A DNA stretch of 64,000 nucleotides from Octopus sinensis (taxonomy: Eukaryota): the NCBI RefSeq assembly GCF_006345805.1, contig NC_043011.1, positions 8,432,001 to 8,496,000 on the forward strand. The letters are read 5' to 3'. Each line of letters starts with the position of its first letter. Positions within the stretch are counted from its first letter, which is position 1. Positions 39,578-51,885 of the stretch are shown here, in pieces. Both the position numbers and the translations under genes were made by a program. Below the pieces are notes generated by a model, which did no database searches, was not told the DNA's origin, and worked only from the letters and a program-made list of their open reading frames with translations.

Positions 39578-41350
39578 TTGGCTTGGCTTGGCTTGGCTTG
39601 GCTTGGCTTGGCTTGGCTTGGCTTGGCTTGGCTTGGCTTGGCTTGGCTTGGCTTGGCTTGGCTTGGCTTGGCTTGGCTTGGCTTGGCTTGGCTTGGCTTG
39701 GCTTGGCTTGGCTTGGCTTGGCTTGGCTTGGCTTGGCTTGGCTTGCTGGCTTGGCTTGGCTGGCTTGGCTTGGCTTGCTTGGCTTGGCTTGGCTTGGCTT
39801 GGCTGGCTTGGCTTGGCTTGGCTTGGCTTGGCTTGGCTTGGCTTGGCTTGGCTTGGCTTGGCTTGGCTTGGCTGGCTTGGCTTGGCTTGGCTGGTCTTGG
39901 CTTGGCTTGGCTTGGCTTGGCTTGGCTTGGCTTGGCTTGGCTTGGCTTGGCTTGGCTTGGCTTGGCTTGGCTTGGCTTGGCTTGGCTTGGCTGGCTTGGC
40001 TTGGCTTGGTGGCTTGGCTTGGCTTGGCTTGGCTTGGCTTGGCTTGGCTTGGCTTGGCTTGGCTTGGCTTGGCTTGGCTTGGCTGGCTTGGCTGGCTTGG
40101 CTTGGCTTGCTTGGCTGGCTTGGCTGGCTGGCTTGGCTTGGCTTGGCTTGGCTTGGCTGGCTTGGCTTGGCTTGGCTTGGCTTGGCTTGGCTTGGCTGGC
40201 TTGGCTTGGCTTGGCTTGGCTTGGCTTGGCTTGGCTTGGCTTGGCTTGGCTGGCTTGGCTTGGCTTGGCTTGGCTTGCTTGGCTGGCTTGGCTGGCTTGG
40301 CTGGCTTGGCTTGGCTTGGCTGGCTTGGCTGGCTGGCTTGGCTTGGCTTGGCTGGCTTGGCTTGGCTGGCTGGCTTGGCTTGGCTGGCTTGGCTTGGTTG
40401 GCTTGGCTTGGCTTGGCTGGCTTGGCTTGGCTTGCTTGGCTTGGCTTGGCTTGGCTTGGCTTCTTGGCTTGGCTTGGCTTGGCTTGGCTTGGATGGCTTG
40501 GCTTGGCTTGGCTTGGCTTGGCTTGGCTGGCTTGGCTTGGCTTGGCTTGGCTTGGCTTGGCTTGGCTTGGCTTGGCTTGGCTTGGCTTGGCTTGGCTTGG
40601 CTTGGCTTGGCTTGGCTTGGCTTGGCTTGGCTTGCTTGGCTTGGCTTGGCTTGGCTTGGCTTGGCTTGGCTTGGCTTGGCTTGGCTTGGCTTGGCTTGGC
40701 TTGGCTTGGCTTGGCTTGGCTTGGTTGGCTTGGCTTGGTGGCTTGGCTTGGCTTGGCTTGGCTGGCTTGGCTTGGCTTGGCTTGGCTTGGCTTGGCTTGG
40801 CTTGGCTTGGCTTGGCTTGGCTTGGCTTGGCTTGGCTGGCTTGGCTTGGCTTGGCTTGGCTTGGCTGCTTGGCTTGGCTTGGCTTGGCTGGCTTGGCTTG
40901 GCTTGGCTTGGCTTGGCTTGGCTTGGCTTGGCTTGGCTTGGCTTGGCTTGGCTTGGCTTGGCTTGGCTTGGCTTGGCTTGGCTTGGCTTGGCTTGGCTTG
41001 GCTTGGCTTGGCTTGGCTTGGCTTGGCTTGGCTTGGCTTGGCTTGGCTTGGCTTGGCTTGGCTTGGCTTGGCTTGGCTTGGCTTGGCTTGGCTTGGCTTG
41101 GCTTGGCTTGGCTTGGCTTGGCTTGGTTGGCTTGGCTTGGCTGGCTTGGCTTGGCTTGGCTTGGCTTGGCTTGGCTTGGCTTGGCTTGGCTTGGCTTGGC
41201 TTGGCTGGCTTGGCTTGGCTTGGCTTGGCTTGGCTTGGCTTGGCTTGGCTTGGCTTGGCTTGGCTTGGCTTGGCTTGGCTTGGCTTGGCTTGGCTTGGCT
41301 TGGCTTGGCTTGGCTTGGCTTGGCTTGGCTTGGCTTGGCTTGGCTTGGCT
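39573..41350. repeat. (GGCTT)n pentanucleotide array, about 1.8 kb
   Basis: Direct inspection; frequent 1-nt deletions (GGCT, GCTT). Confidence 0.97.
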
Positions 41351-42056
41351 CTGAAGGAGAGGAAGAATTTTAATTACATAGAGAACTATAGCGTGAAGGC
41401 AGCAAGTATAAAAAACAACCCTTCCTCAGTTGTTGGCAGTTTTACTTACTCCGCATTGCAACAAGATGTGTCTTCGTTAAATCAATTGCTCCCCCAAAGC
41501 AAATTAAATAAAATTTGACATACGTGGAACGTCAAAGCTGCTCACAAAATCAGGACGGTCAAAATTTTCGCTAAGGGCTGTTTAACCGTAACGAGGTGAA
41601 CGCTGCAGAAAGAAAGCTTTATCAAGAGACAGAGGGGAATGCATGAACGAAATGAAAAATAATTACATTTAGAAATAGATCTATAGTTATTGAGGACAGA
41701 ATTTCTGTTAGAAATAGAGAACTATAACTATTGAATTATGCATAAAGCGCTGACTTACATTCGGGGCTTCCAATTTCTCTGTAAGATATAAGATTGTCGC
41801 AAAATCATCGCACATGTCACCATCGATTACAAATGCCGGTGGAAGATAAACGTTCCAGAGGACATTCTTGTTCTTTCGTTCGTACAAGGATCGTATTATG
41901 TTTCGGCTTAAAATAAATTATAGATAAAAATATAATGTATAGAAATATATAAAAACCAGAATAGAAAATAAACGTCTTAGGCATATAAAATGAGATAACA
42001 TGAGATATCAAGGTGTTATAAACTTGAAACTTACTAGAATATCATAGATTATATAT

Positions 42057-44640
42057 ATCAAGTCATCCAGTCAGTTCTGTCCAATTTTACCTGTTTTTTA
42101 GATTTGAATGAAATTTAATAGTATTTGCAAATGTCTAATTCAATTAAAAATTATTTTTATGCATTTGTGTACGTTTAAACTAATTCAATATTGTTTTACA
42201 TAATAATAGACGGTGTCCACAAAGTCTGCGTACATGGGAATTAACACATACTTTTAAAACAAAACAATTTTATTTAATTATAATGTTAATAAATAATATG
42301 TTCAAAGTGATTTCCATCATTTTCAATACATAACTTGATGCGCCTTGCAAAATTCAGGTGAACTTGATTAAATAAGTCTACATTGCCATCAATTTAAGCA
42401 CACTGACTGGTAATGCGTTCTCTCGTGTGTTTTAAATCTGTAATCTTTATTGAGTAAACTTTCTCTTTCAACATACCCCAGAAAAAGAAATCAAGGGGAG
42501 AAAGGTCTGGTGAACGAGGGGACCATTCCATATGACCCCTTCTTCCAATCTAGTGAGGAGGAAAAGTGTCATTAAATCAATCTCTAACAGTTGTTGCAAA
42601 ATGGGTAGGGACCCCATCCTGCTGAAACCAATTCGGAAGGCCCTCGCCTAGGCGCTCAATTTAAGATATTAATTTGTCTCTCAATATATTTGCATAAGTC
42701 TCATCCGTTACATGTTCAATGAAGAAGGGTCCTAGAACATGAGCTTTCCAAAAACCACACCACACCATCACCTTTTTGCTGTCTTGCTGTTTGGATAGAT
42801 CCATCCAATGTGGATTACCTCGAGACCAGTATAGAAGATTCTGTCTGTTGACCTCACCATTTACATAAAACGTAGCTTTGTCACTGAACAACACAAAGTT
42901 TTTCGTAAAATTTATATTTTCATCCAATTTATCTGAAAACCATTCGCACGTCTACATTCGTCTATCAGGATCGTCTTCATTTAAGTGATGCAATATCTGT
43001 AGGTTGTATCGATGAAACTTTTCCTCGACCAGCATTTTGTGGATGGTTGGTTTTGGAACACATAACACCGTAGATGTCCGACGAAGTGATTTTTTGGGGC
43101 TAGCTAGCAGAAACTTTAGCCTCGACAGCCTATTTAGTTTCATCTGAAGTCTTTGGTCGCCCGGAACGGGGTTTATCCGAAACACTGCCTGTTTCTTTAA
43201 ATGTCTTGATCAATTTCCTGACGGCAGTAAAATAAATAGGTTGCCTACAAGGGTGTGGAAGATTAAATTCTTCCGCAATTTTGCGATACGACCATCCCTC
43301 TCGTCCACTTAATAATACTAACTCGATTCTTTCTTCTTTAGACAGATTCATCATTCGATCTGGAATTCTTTCTTCTTTAGACAGAGCCATCATTCGATCA
43401 TCTGTAGAAAAAATAACAAATAAATTTAGAAAAGTAAAGTATTTTTTTTATTTAATTTAAACAAAAGTAAAAAAGGAAAATTATTATTTCTTATGTTATG
43501 ATTTTATTCCATAAACCCAGACTTCGTGGACACCCTAAAATTGCTTTGATTAAAACCCCTTTCAACATGGAAGTATCCAAGGAGCATTTAAGGCACATAT
43601 AATTCTTTATGAGTACAATAAAGGTAACTCTGCTGCCGAAGTGACTCGAAACATACACTCAGTTTATGGCAAAGTGCTCGAATGAAAGAACTTGCAGGAG
43701 ATCGTCCGCAAAATTGAAGATGAATATCGAACAGGATGTCCAGTTGAGTTTGACAAACTCCTTGAGGCATTACTTGAAGAAAATCCGTCATTATCAGTTG
43801 AAGAATTGGCAATAAAGCTTACTTCAAACCATACAACAGTTCATCGTCATCTACAACAACGTGGAAAGATTCCTAAACTTGGAAAATAGGTGCCTTATGT
43901 ATTGTCCGAAAGCAACCGCAAATCCCGAGTTGACATCTGCTCTTCTCTCCATTCTCGCAAACTCATTTCACCATTTTTCGATAGACTTGTGATGAAAAAT
44001 GGATTTTCTATCGAAATGTTAGACGTCGTAAACAGTGGCTTGGTAAAAGGGAAAATGCTCAACCACAACCGAGAAGGGAACTTCATGGGAAAAAGGTTCT
44101 ACTCCCTATCTGGTGCGATTGCAAAGGCGTAATTCACTTTATATTGTTACCACCTAATGCAACAATCAATGCTCAAGTCTACTGTCAGCAATTAGAGCGT
44201 TTGAACCAAGCTTTGAAGGAAAAAAGAGCCGCTTTAGTGAGTCGAAAACGAGTGATGTTTCATCAGGACAATGCGCAACCCCACACTGCAAAGATCACAT
44301 CACAGAAGATCGAAGGGGTCGGTTTGGAAAAATTTCTTCATCCAACTTATTCTCCCGACCTTACTCCTTCAGGATACCATTTGTTTCATAGTTTACAGAA
44401 TTAGTAAGGGGATACAACTTTCGCAAGCCAGGGGGAGGTCGAACCTGACATTTCAGAGTTCTTTGCTTTGAAACCAAAAGAGTTTTACGTTGATGGGATT
44501 AAAAAGCTTGTAAATAGATGGAGGTAAGTCATAGATAATTAGGGAAAGTACATTGATGATTAACTTTCAATTAAATATAACATTTGATCACTTGTATTAT
44601 TTATCCAAAATTCAGACAGAACTTATGGGATGACCTGGGA
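42057..44640 (+). mobile_element. DD34D mariner (decayed), split by a nested DD41D element
   Basis: Left TIR caagtcatccagtcagttctgtccaatttt versus right aaaattcagacagaacttatgggatgacctg; transposase remnants MEVSKEHLRHIIL..VPYVLSE..HQDNAQPHTA..YSPDLTPSGY (34-residue spacing, last D lost) at about 43567-44560. Confidence 0.82.
42209..43537 (-). mobile_element. DD41D (rosa/VS-like) Tc1/mariner element, decayed
   Basis: TIRs ggtgtccacaaagtctg / cagacttcgtggacacc; minus strand GRPKT..FSDKATF..VNRQN..KVMVWCG..WFQQDG-(41 aa)-D in WSPRSPDLSPLDFFFWG; several stops. Confidence 0.85.
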
Positions 44641-45037
44641 TATATACACTGGCGAAAATATATTTAAGACAGACGATAAAAGTTCTATTTCTTACAAAAT
44701 ATTTTGTTACTAACACCATACAAATTATTTTTATCTTCTACACCTTATGCAAAATTTATTTCGCTTTCGAATGATGCAGACAATAACCATTTTTATACAA
44801 CTTGAAGAATTCTAATGCTAAATATAATTTTAATGGAGATAACCTGCAGTATATAGTACAACATTTTTGTCTCCGTATATGAGCTAAGTATTAATAAAAT
44901 GTGGTATACGATAAAAATTTCGGATATTTGTCTTAAAACATTCAGACAAGAAAATTCAGATGTAGCACATGAGGTATTATTCCATACGAATATCCACATA
45001 TCTATATTAAGAATTTCATGATAAAAATATAGAAATA

Positions 45038-45604
45038 TTGGGTTGTCCGGAAAGTTCTTGCAGATTTATAGTAGCTTATCTTTCGACTTATTTTAGAACA
45101 TGTTTGAGTCCATAAAATAGGATTTGACTACACCTCCATTTGGAGCACAGTTTAATCTATCTTTTCGTGGAAGAAGGTTTATGTTCCAATAACCTGTGTT
45201 AATTCTGTAACCCTTTAAATTAAAAGATGTGAAAAATTCATTATCGGCATTTGATGCTTTGGGAACCAGACAAAAATTGCTGCAGCTTGGCTGGGGGGAC
45301 TTACCCCAGCCTCCATATTCACCAGATATTACTCCTTCGGATTTCCACTTATTCAGGTCTCTGCAGAATAGTCTTAATGGTGAAAATTTCAATTCCTTAG
45401 ATGACGTAAAAAGATGCCTTGATGAATTATTTGCCTTGAAACCACCCCAATTCTGGGAAGAGGGTATTTTTAAGGTAAATGTAAGATGGAGACGTATTGT
45501 GCAACGAAATGGTTCAGATTTGGTTCATTAAAAATGTAATGGCAATTATTTAGTGACCATGTACTTTCCTTTAAAAATCGGAACGAACTTTCCGGACAAC
45601 CCAA
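45038..45604 (+). mobile_element. Internally deleted mariner (MITE-like), 567 bp
   Basis: TIRs ttgggttgtccggaaagttc / gaactttccggacaacccaa, TA on both sides; keeps C-terminus PPYSPDITPSDFHLFRSLQNSL. Confidence 0.9.
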
Positions 45605-46039
45605 TATAAACATGAAAAATAAAAACCTAAATTGAAAGAGGCGATTAAAATTTTTTCCTAACCTGCAGCCGTTTGTTGTACGAAGTATTCGAAATTCATC
45701 CCTCCTTCCTCAGGGTTCCTTTCTCGAGGTAAAATCCAGCAGAAAGCAGTAAGGCACTACATAGTGAGTATTCAAGTTGTGAAAGTTCAGTTTTTGGGTA
45801 TCGATAATTAAGTTGTCTGATTTCTTTATTACCCACTAGGGGCGACATAGAGTACACATACAATCACGAATGATGAAACAATTATGAACATTTGGGGTCA
45901 ATTAAAAATCGAAAATGAATAATACAAACGAATGATTACACAAAGACAAAATAAACAAAATTACAAAATGCAGTGGGGCGGGTCCGCGACCCCATGCTCC
46001 CCGCCACGACACTTAGCCTTGTGGTTTCCTTTTTTCCTC

Positions 46040-49000
46040 CTATCTCGCATTTGTGAGGGATCTTTTACTCGCCACATTTTTCCATCTTTCATCAAACACT
46101 TTCTTACTCAGGCTCCTTCTCTCCAGTTCTATATGTCTTTTCAGGTGGAATTTTAAATATTCCACCAGACCTGAACCAGAGATGAAGTCGCCTGTTATCA
46201 TTCCTTTCATCCTTGTCTTCCATACTACCTGTTTCGCAGTTGAAACCACGGCGAGAAAACAAAACTTACCTTCTTTCGTTAAGAAATCAGGTGGGCTGAT
46301 TTTTACAATAGATTCAGCTGACAGCTGTACTCTTCGTTCACCTGACATTAGTTGTTCGGCACAAGCCCACATATCTTTCACCCCCGAGCACTGCACGATC
46401 GCGTACGAGACGGTTTCCCGTTCTCGCCCACATCTCGTACAGGTCGGGCTGACTTGGCAACCGTGCCTTGCAAGCTTGTCCCGAACAGGTAAGGCTCCTC
46501 GGTAGCACTGCCAAGCCAAAGACTTCTGGAAATTATCCAGTGTCTTCGGCCCGAATGTACGTTGGAACAGACTGGCCAGCTGATTATCGTCGAAACCTAG
46601 GGTTTCCCCTAGCGTATCATCGTTACAGGCCTCTACAAACCCTCTATAAAACACAGCGGTAGAACCACTGCCGCAGGCATTACCCGAGCGACGGAATAGT
46701 CGGAGTGCCTTGCGACACTCCGTATACCACGTACCCAACTTCGATCTGCGATTATACCAGTCCTCCCGGCCACCGAAACTGGTGAACCTGGGGAACATCT
46801 GTTTCGCCAGCGGAGACCACACCCGTTCACTACCCAGATGGAGTCACAGGTGCCTTAGCCTCAGCGCATTTCTGCGCATCATTAGCCACGGCATCCCTAG
46901 TCCACCCTGTAACGGTTTTTGACAGCAGACAGAGCGCCTCACAAGCGGTTTCGAGCCCTTCCACAAGAAGCGAAAGAGCTGTCTCTCCAACTTGTTCAAC
47001 CACGAATCCGGGCAAGGCACGACGGCAAGGCGGTAGGTGATCACCGATGCAATAAACACATTGGCTACCTCCGCCCTACCTTTCAAGGATAACCACCGCC
47101 AAGACCAAATCTCGACTATTGCAGCCACCTTGCTCGATACCTCGCTCCAGTTCTTCTCTATTTGGAGGTCCGGACCGAACCAAACCCCGAGCAACTTAAT
47201 CGGGCCCTCCGTCCAACGTCCCACGACGCTGTCTGGAGGCATCGACTTGCCTCTCCAGGTGCCGAGTTGCAAGCCGACCGACTTTTCACGATTAACTTTT
47301 GCTCCTGTCACCGTCTCGTAAACCTCTATGGCTTTGCCTACTTTACGTAGGTGGTCCACTTCAGTCACGATGATAGTGATGTCACCCGCGTACGCCGAAA
47401 CCGACATATCACGTCCTGGTTGCCTCGGGATGCCGCTCAGTTTTCGCAGCAGCGGCTCCAGAGCCACTACATACAAAAGCGGGGAGAGCGGACATCCCTG
47501 GCGAACCGAGCGTTTGACCTTGAACGGCTTAGAAAGAAAGCCGTTCACCCGAACTACCGAGTCGACGTTGTCATACATTTCGATGATCCACCTGAGGAAG
47601 CCAAGACCTAGTCCGAACTGAGCCAGAACGGACACCAGGTAGTGATGGTCGACCCTATCGAAAGCTTTTGACTGGTCTAAATGGACCACTGCCCCTCCCT
47701 TGCCGGGATCGTTATTTATTCCCTCTATCGTGTATCTAATAAGATGGAGATTATCCTGAATGGCTCTGCCCGGTACGGCGCACGTTTGCGCTTTCCCAAT
47801 CAGTCCATTCGCGACACGCGCCAATCTGTTCGATAACACTTTGGCCAAAATCTTCAACTCTGCGTTAAGCAGAGTGATGGGCCTGAAATTATCTATTACA
47901 TCTCCCTTGCTCTGGTCCTTCCTGATTAGCGTCACCACTCCCCGGCGCACAGATCTGGGGATAAACCCATTCTGCTGCCAGTTTGCGTAGACGCCCGTCA
48001 GTAAGTCCCCGAACAAGTCCGGCATACTTTTATAAAGCTCGTAGGGTAGACCATCCAGTCCCGGCGCCTTACCCGCACCGCAGTCCGCCATGGCCTCTAT
48101 TACCTCCTCAGTTGTGATCGGCTCCTCACTACACTTCGCATCCTGCCCCGAGAGGCGCGGCAGCCCGTCGAGGAGGTCCGTAAGGTCCTTCCCCCTATCC
48201 GGTCCGCCGCTCCCCGCGAAAAGCTGGGCGAAGTGGTCCTGAAAAGCTTGACACATCTCCTCGGGCTCGTCTGTCAACTTACCTTGTTGGTTCGCCAGAG
48301 ATCGAATTGTAGCATCGTTGCCACGTTGGGCTTCCACCACTCGGGCCCATCCTGCAGCCTTGATTCCTTCGCTCCCCATCGTACGTTGTCTAGCCCTGAC
48401 AATGCAACCCATGTGTTTGGCTTCGAGGTGCTGGTTAAGAACCAGTCTCTTGACCTTCACCTGGTCTGCATTGCCAGTTCGCATTGCTTCCTCTAAGTCC
48501 TTAACTAGTGTAGTTGCCTTTCTGGCCTCTCTAGCTACAAGATTAGTACTATATCTAACGGACTCATATTTTATGGCTCGCTTAAGGGCATACCACCATT
48601 TGTTGTTACAAATGGAGCCGGTCATGGCCCTCTGGATTATTAACCTAATCCTGTCCCTGTACTCCTTAATCGCCAAAAGGGACGTATTAAGTTTCCAGTA
48701 ACCAGGACCTCTAGTTATCTTATCTACGTCTAGCCTACAGGTGACCATCTTGTGGTCACTGTAGCTGACTATATGGAGTTGTGGACTCTTAACTAGGTTC
48801 TTATCTACCTTCCTAATTAATATCCTGTCTATGTATGACTTTACCGATCCGTCGCTATTTGACCACGTCCACAGTGGAGCGCCCGGATGTTCCAGTCTAT
48901 ATGGATCTACCAGCTCAAAACGTCTTAGTAGATCCAGGAAGCAAGCATTTCCTTTTCTGTCTGTTCGCGAGCCTTCACAGTCTACCCGCACATCGCAGAT

Positions 49001-49415
49001 TGTGTTGAGGTCCCCTAACATTACTACTGGGCACGATGTACTCAGAAACTTCTCCAGGTTCTGATAATAATCACTTTTCCCCTTACCGGGGGGAGCGTAA
49101 ACCGCAACCATTCTGATTGTCTTACGACTACTGAACGTCAAACCTTCTGGATCTGAAAAAAATCAACTTTTTCTCAGAAACCCGGTTCTTTTTAACCAGG
49201 ACCAACACCCCGCTTCCGCCGACCGACGGGTTCGGAGAGATGACACTCTCGTAACCGTTGAACAGCGGGAGCAGATCTCTTGGCCCCTTTAACCGGGTTT
49301 CTGTGGCAACGACAACATCTAAATCCCGTGACCTGATGTCATTTAGGAAGCGCCCTTGCTTCCAGCTCTGCATCAGGCCACGCACATTCAAACACCCTAC
49401 ACAAATATGAGACAT
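46040..49415 (-). pseudogene. Tx1-like ORF2 (APE endonuclease, RT, C-terminal zinc finger), disrupted
   Basis: LNVRGL..VATET..VYAP..GDLN..YIDRIL..SDH; KAPGLDGL, LDQSKAFDRV, RQGCPLS, YAGD in place of YADD; +1 T in a T-run near 49155, in-frame tga at 46844-46846 where the related copy has Arg. Confidence 0.92.
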
Positions 49416-49425
49416 TTACTTACCC

Positions 49426-51042
49426 TTATGTCGGTGTCCCTGTTGGTCGGGCGGTGAAGTCCGCATTAATCAGTGACTCGTCCACTTCGAGTCGCGGACC
49501 CTTTATGTCCCCTGCGAACTGTGCATTTAACATGTTAAAGTTCCGTAAGTCCAATTTATAAATTTCTACATTTTTTTGTAGATTTCTGTGGGTTTTCACC
49601 CTTACTGCGCTTGGGATATTTCCCATTCCACTTTTAAGTCGGTCATTATTTTTGTCTATTGCCGCATATACTATTTGGGCTTCTGTAAATCTGCTTTTTT
49701 GTGGGCTTTGTGGGGGTGATATGGAGGAGGTCGGGGAGTATGATATGGGGGAAACTGGGGAGGAGTTTGGGAGGGGAGGGAGTTGCTCGGGACTGGGGAG
49801 TGGGGTTAGCTTGTGTTGGGCTGGGGGGGTCTTCTCTTTTTTCTCTTTTTGTGGGGGTGGGGTAGATTTCTCCCCCTGCATGTTGGATTTCTTTTTGTGT
49901 GTGTGTGGGTTGGGTGGGTTAGTGTCAATGTTTTTCCTCTTTGGGTTTTTCCTTGGCCTCACCGGTGTGAAGGCATTTTCGTCCTCCTTTGTCTTTTCTT
50001 CCTCCCTCTTCTTCTCCTCTTCTTCCGTCCTTTTTTCTTCTTCTACTTTTTTCCGGGTAGGGCACTCCATACGAATGTGTCCCTTTTCCCCACATTCGTA
50101 GCATCTAGGCTTTCGCCCTTCCACTACCACGCGCAAGTTGATTTCTTCGTCGAACTGGATGTTTTCTGGGATTTCTTCCATCGTTTCTGGGGTTGCCTGT
50201 GCTATTATATGCAGAGTTTGTCCTCTCCAATGTTCTCTTTTAATCTTCGTGATATTCACCACCCTTATCTTCTTCTCCAGCCCCATCATTAATGCTGGGA
50301 GCAACCACTTCACCTCGATTTGTGGTGGAATATCTTCGACCCTTATTTTGGCAGTTCGCCTCCCCAAATACGAGGGTAATAGAATTACCTCGCTTGTCTT
50401 AATTGGGTTCAGTGAATGTTTCTTTGCCATTTCTTCATCTCTAAAGTGTACCTCGATCGTGGCGTACTTTTTCCCCCAATTAACATAATCTATGTCGGTC
50501 CATACCGACTGTAGACACTTCTCTGCTTGGTCTTTTGATATTTTTTCTATTTTCTTCTCTTTCGTTAAGTAGGACTTGTAGATTACGACTCTTTTTTCCG
50601 TTTCTTCTCTTATTATTTGTGGGAGGGTTGCTTTAACCGTGTTCCCCTCCTTTGTAAACATTTTCTTGTAGTTCTCGTACTCTTCTTCCTCCATCTTGAT
50701 CTCTTCCATTTTTCTCCCTGCAGCAGCTGCGAAATTGTATGTCTTCTCTTTTCCTTTGGAAGACGAACCTTCCCTTCCTTTGGTTGCTCCATCAGAAGCT
50801 GAACTTTCGGCTACTTTAACTGTTTTTATATTTTTTCCCGCTTCAGCAACATTAGCTGTTTTTCCAGCAGGCGAACCTTCGTTAGCTTCAGCTTTTCCCG
50901 CGGGCGAAACTTCGGCATCTTTCGTTTTTTCCACAGGCGAACCTTCAACAATTTTCAATTTGGTAGACGAATCTGTATCTTTTTCTTTTGAGGATAAACC
51001 TTCGTTGGACATTTTTTCATTAAACATTTTCTCACCTGACAA
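49426..51042 (-). CDS. Tx1/L1-like ORF1 nucleic-acid-binding protein (538 aa, CX2CX4HX4C knuckle)
   Basis: Uninterrupted ORF with YNFAAAA motif, RRM-like middle, CYECGEKGHIRMEC, basic/Pro-rich C-terminus, directly upstream of ORF2. Confidence 0.85.
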   Translation of the reverse strand: MSGEKMFNEKMSNEGLSSKEKDTDSSTKLKIVEGSPVEKTKDAEVSPAGKAEANEGSPAGKTANVAEAGKNIKTVKVAESSASDGATKGREGSSSKGKEKTYNFAAAAGRKMEEIKMEEEEYENYKKMFTKEGNTVKATLPQIIREETEKRVVIYKSYLTKEKKIEKISKDQAEKCLQSVWTDIDYVNWGKKYATIEVHFRDEEMAKKHSLNPIKTSEVILLPSYLGRRTAKIRVEDIPPQIEVKWLLPALMMGLEKKIRVVNITKIKREHWRGQTLHIIAQATPETMEEIPENIQFDEEINLRVVVEGRKPRCYECGEKGHIRMECPTRKKVEEEKRTEEEEKKREEEKTKEDENAFTPVRPRKNPKRKNIDTNPPNPHTHKKKSNMQGEKSTPPPQKEKKEKTPPAQHKLTPLPSPEQLPPLPNSSPVSPISYSPTSSISPPQSPQKSRFTEAQIVYAAIDKNNDRLKSGMGNIPSAVRVKTHRNLQKNVEIYKLDLRNFNMLNAQFAGDIKGPRLEVDESLINADFTARPTGTPT

Positions 51043-51489
51043 TGTTTTTATTCATTTTTTAGAATTATGTTTTTTTCTCTCTTTTTTTTTTTTTTTTTTT
51101 AAATTGTGTTACAACACGCAGTATTTCCCCTCCTTATAGGAGGGGAATAACAAAATTTTCTGGTTCAAAACCAGTTAGAGTTCAGTTATTTCAACAAACA
51201 ATTCTTAAACAAAACAGTATTAACAAAATTTCAAACAGTACCTTAACTTAAGTACCATACAAAAGTACGAAGAACGTAAACAAGCGTTGGTTCACATAAC
51301 ACACGATGACTGGATAGCCCCAAAAAAGTCGATAAATAAGTTCTCTTATTTCAAGAGAATTACCACGTTTAAATAAGAAATGAAAATCACTTAAGTTAAT
51401 CATGCAATTTTGGGAATATTCCATTTTTTACTGATATATACTACAATAACAAAGAAATTATTTAAGATTTTAGATTAATGCATAAGTAT

Positions 51490-51807
51490 TCTTATGGTTC
51501 CAAAACACATGGTTCTCAGTTCATCCCCACTGTGTGGTAACTTGGCATGTGTCTTCTACTATAGCCTGAGACCAACCAAAGCCTTGTCAGTGGATTTTGT
51601 AGACAGAAACTGAAAGAAATCAATCGTATATATATCTATGTATGTATGTAAGTCTGTGTGTGTGTCTTTGTGTTTCTCCCTCATCACTGCTTCACAACTG
51701 GTGTTCGTTTATTTACATCCCCATAACATACTGGTTTCACAAGAAGAAACTGATAGAATAAGTACCAGGCTTATCAAAATTTAAAAAAGCTCTACGCAGT
51801 GTCTCAC
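51490..51807 (+). mobile_element. Degenerate SINE family B; its body is tandemly repeated and then split by the RTE (continues 54592-54810)
   Basis: ggttctcagttcatccccactgtgtggtaacttggc..gaaactgatagaataagtaccaggctt; repeated unit restarts at ggatttcgtggacagg. Confidence 0.6.
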
Positions 51808-51885
51808 ATATATATGGATTTCGTGGACAGGAACTGAAACAAATCAATCGTATATATATGTATGTATATATGTAAGTGTATGTGT

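Larger units (their letters stand above)
45819..51328 (-). mobile_element. Near-full-length Tx1/L1-like LINE (5' UTR, ORF1, ORF2, 3' UTR with aataaa)
   Basis: ORF1 and ORF2 separated by 10 nt; 3' end cccctagtgggtaataaagaaat; candidate degenerate TSD 45801-45818 / 51329-51346 (16 of 18 nt). Confidence 0.88.

Noticed and set aside
39573-41350. True telomere or telomeric remnant
   Set aside because: Motif differs from the TTAGGG expected in molluscs and the array is internal; kept only as an open possibility under findings.
39494-41518. Long Leu-Ala-Trp-Leu-Gly repeat ORFs (596-674 aa)
   Set aside because: Stop-free translation of (GGCTT)n in all three frames; no coding evidence.
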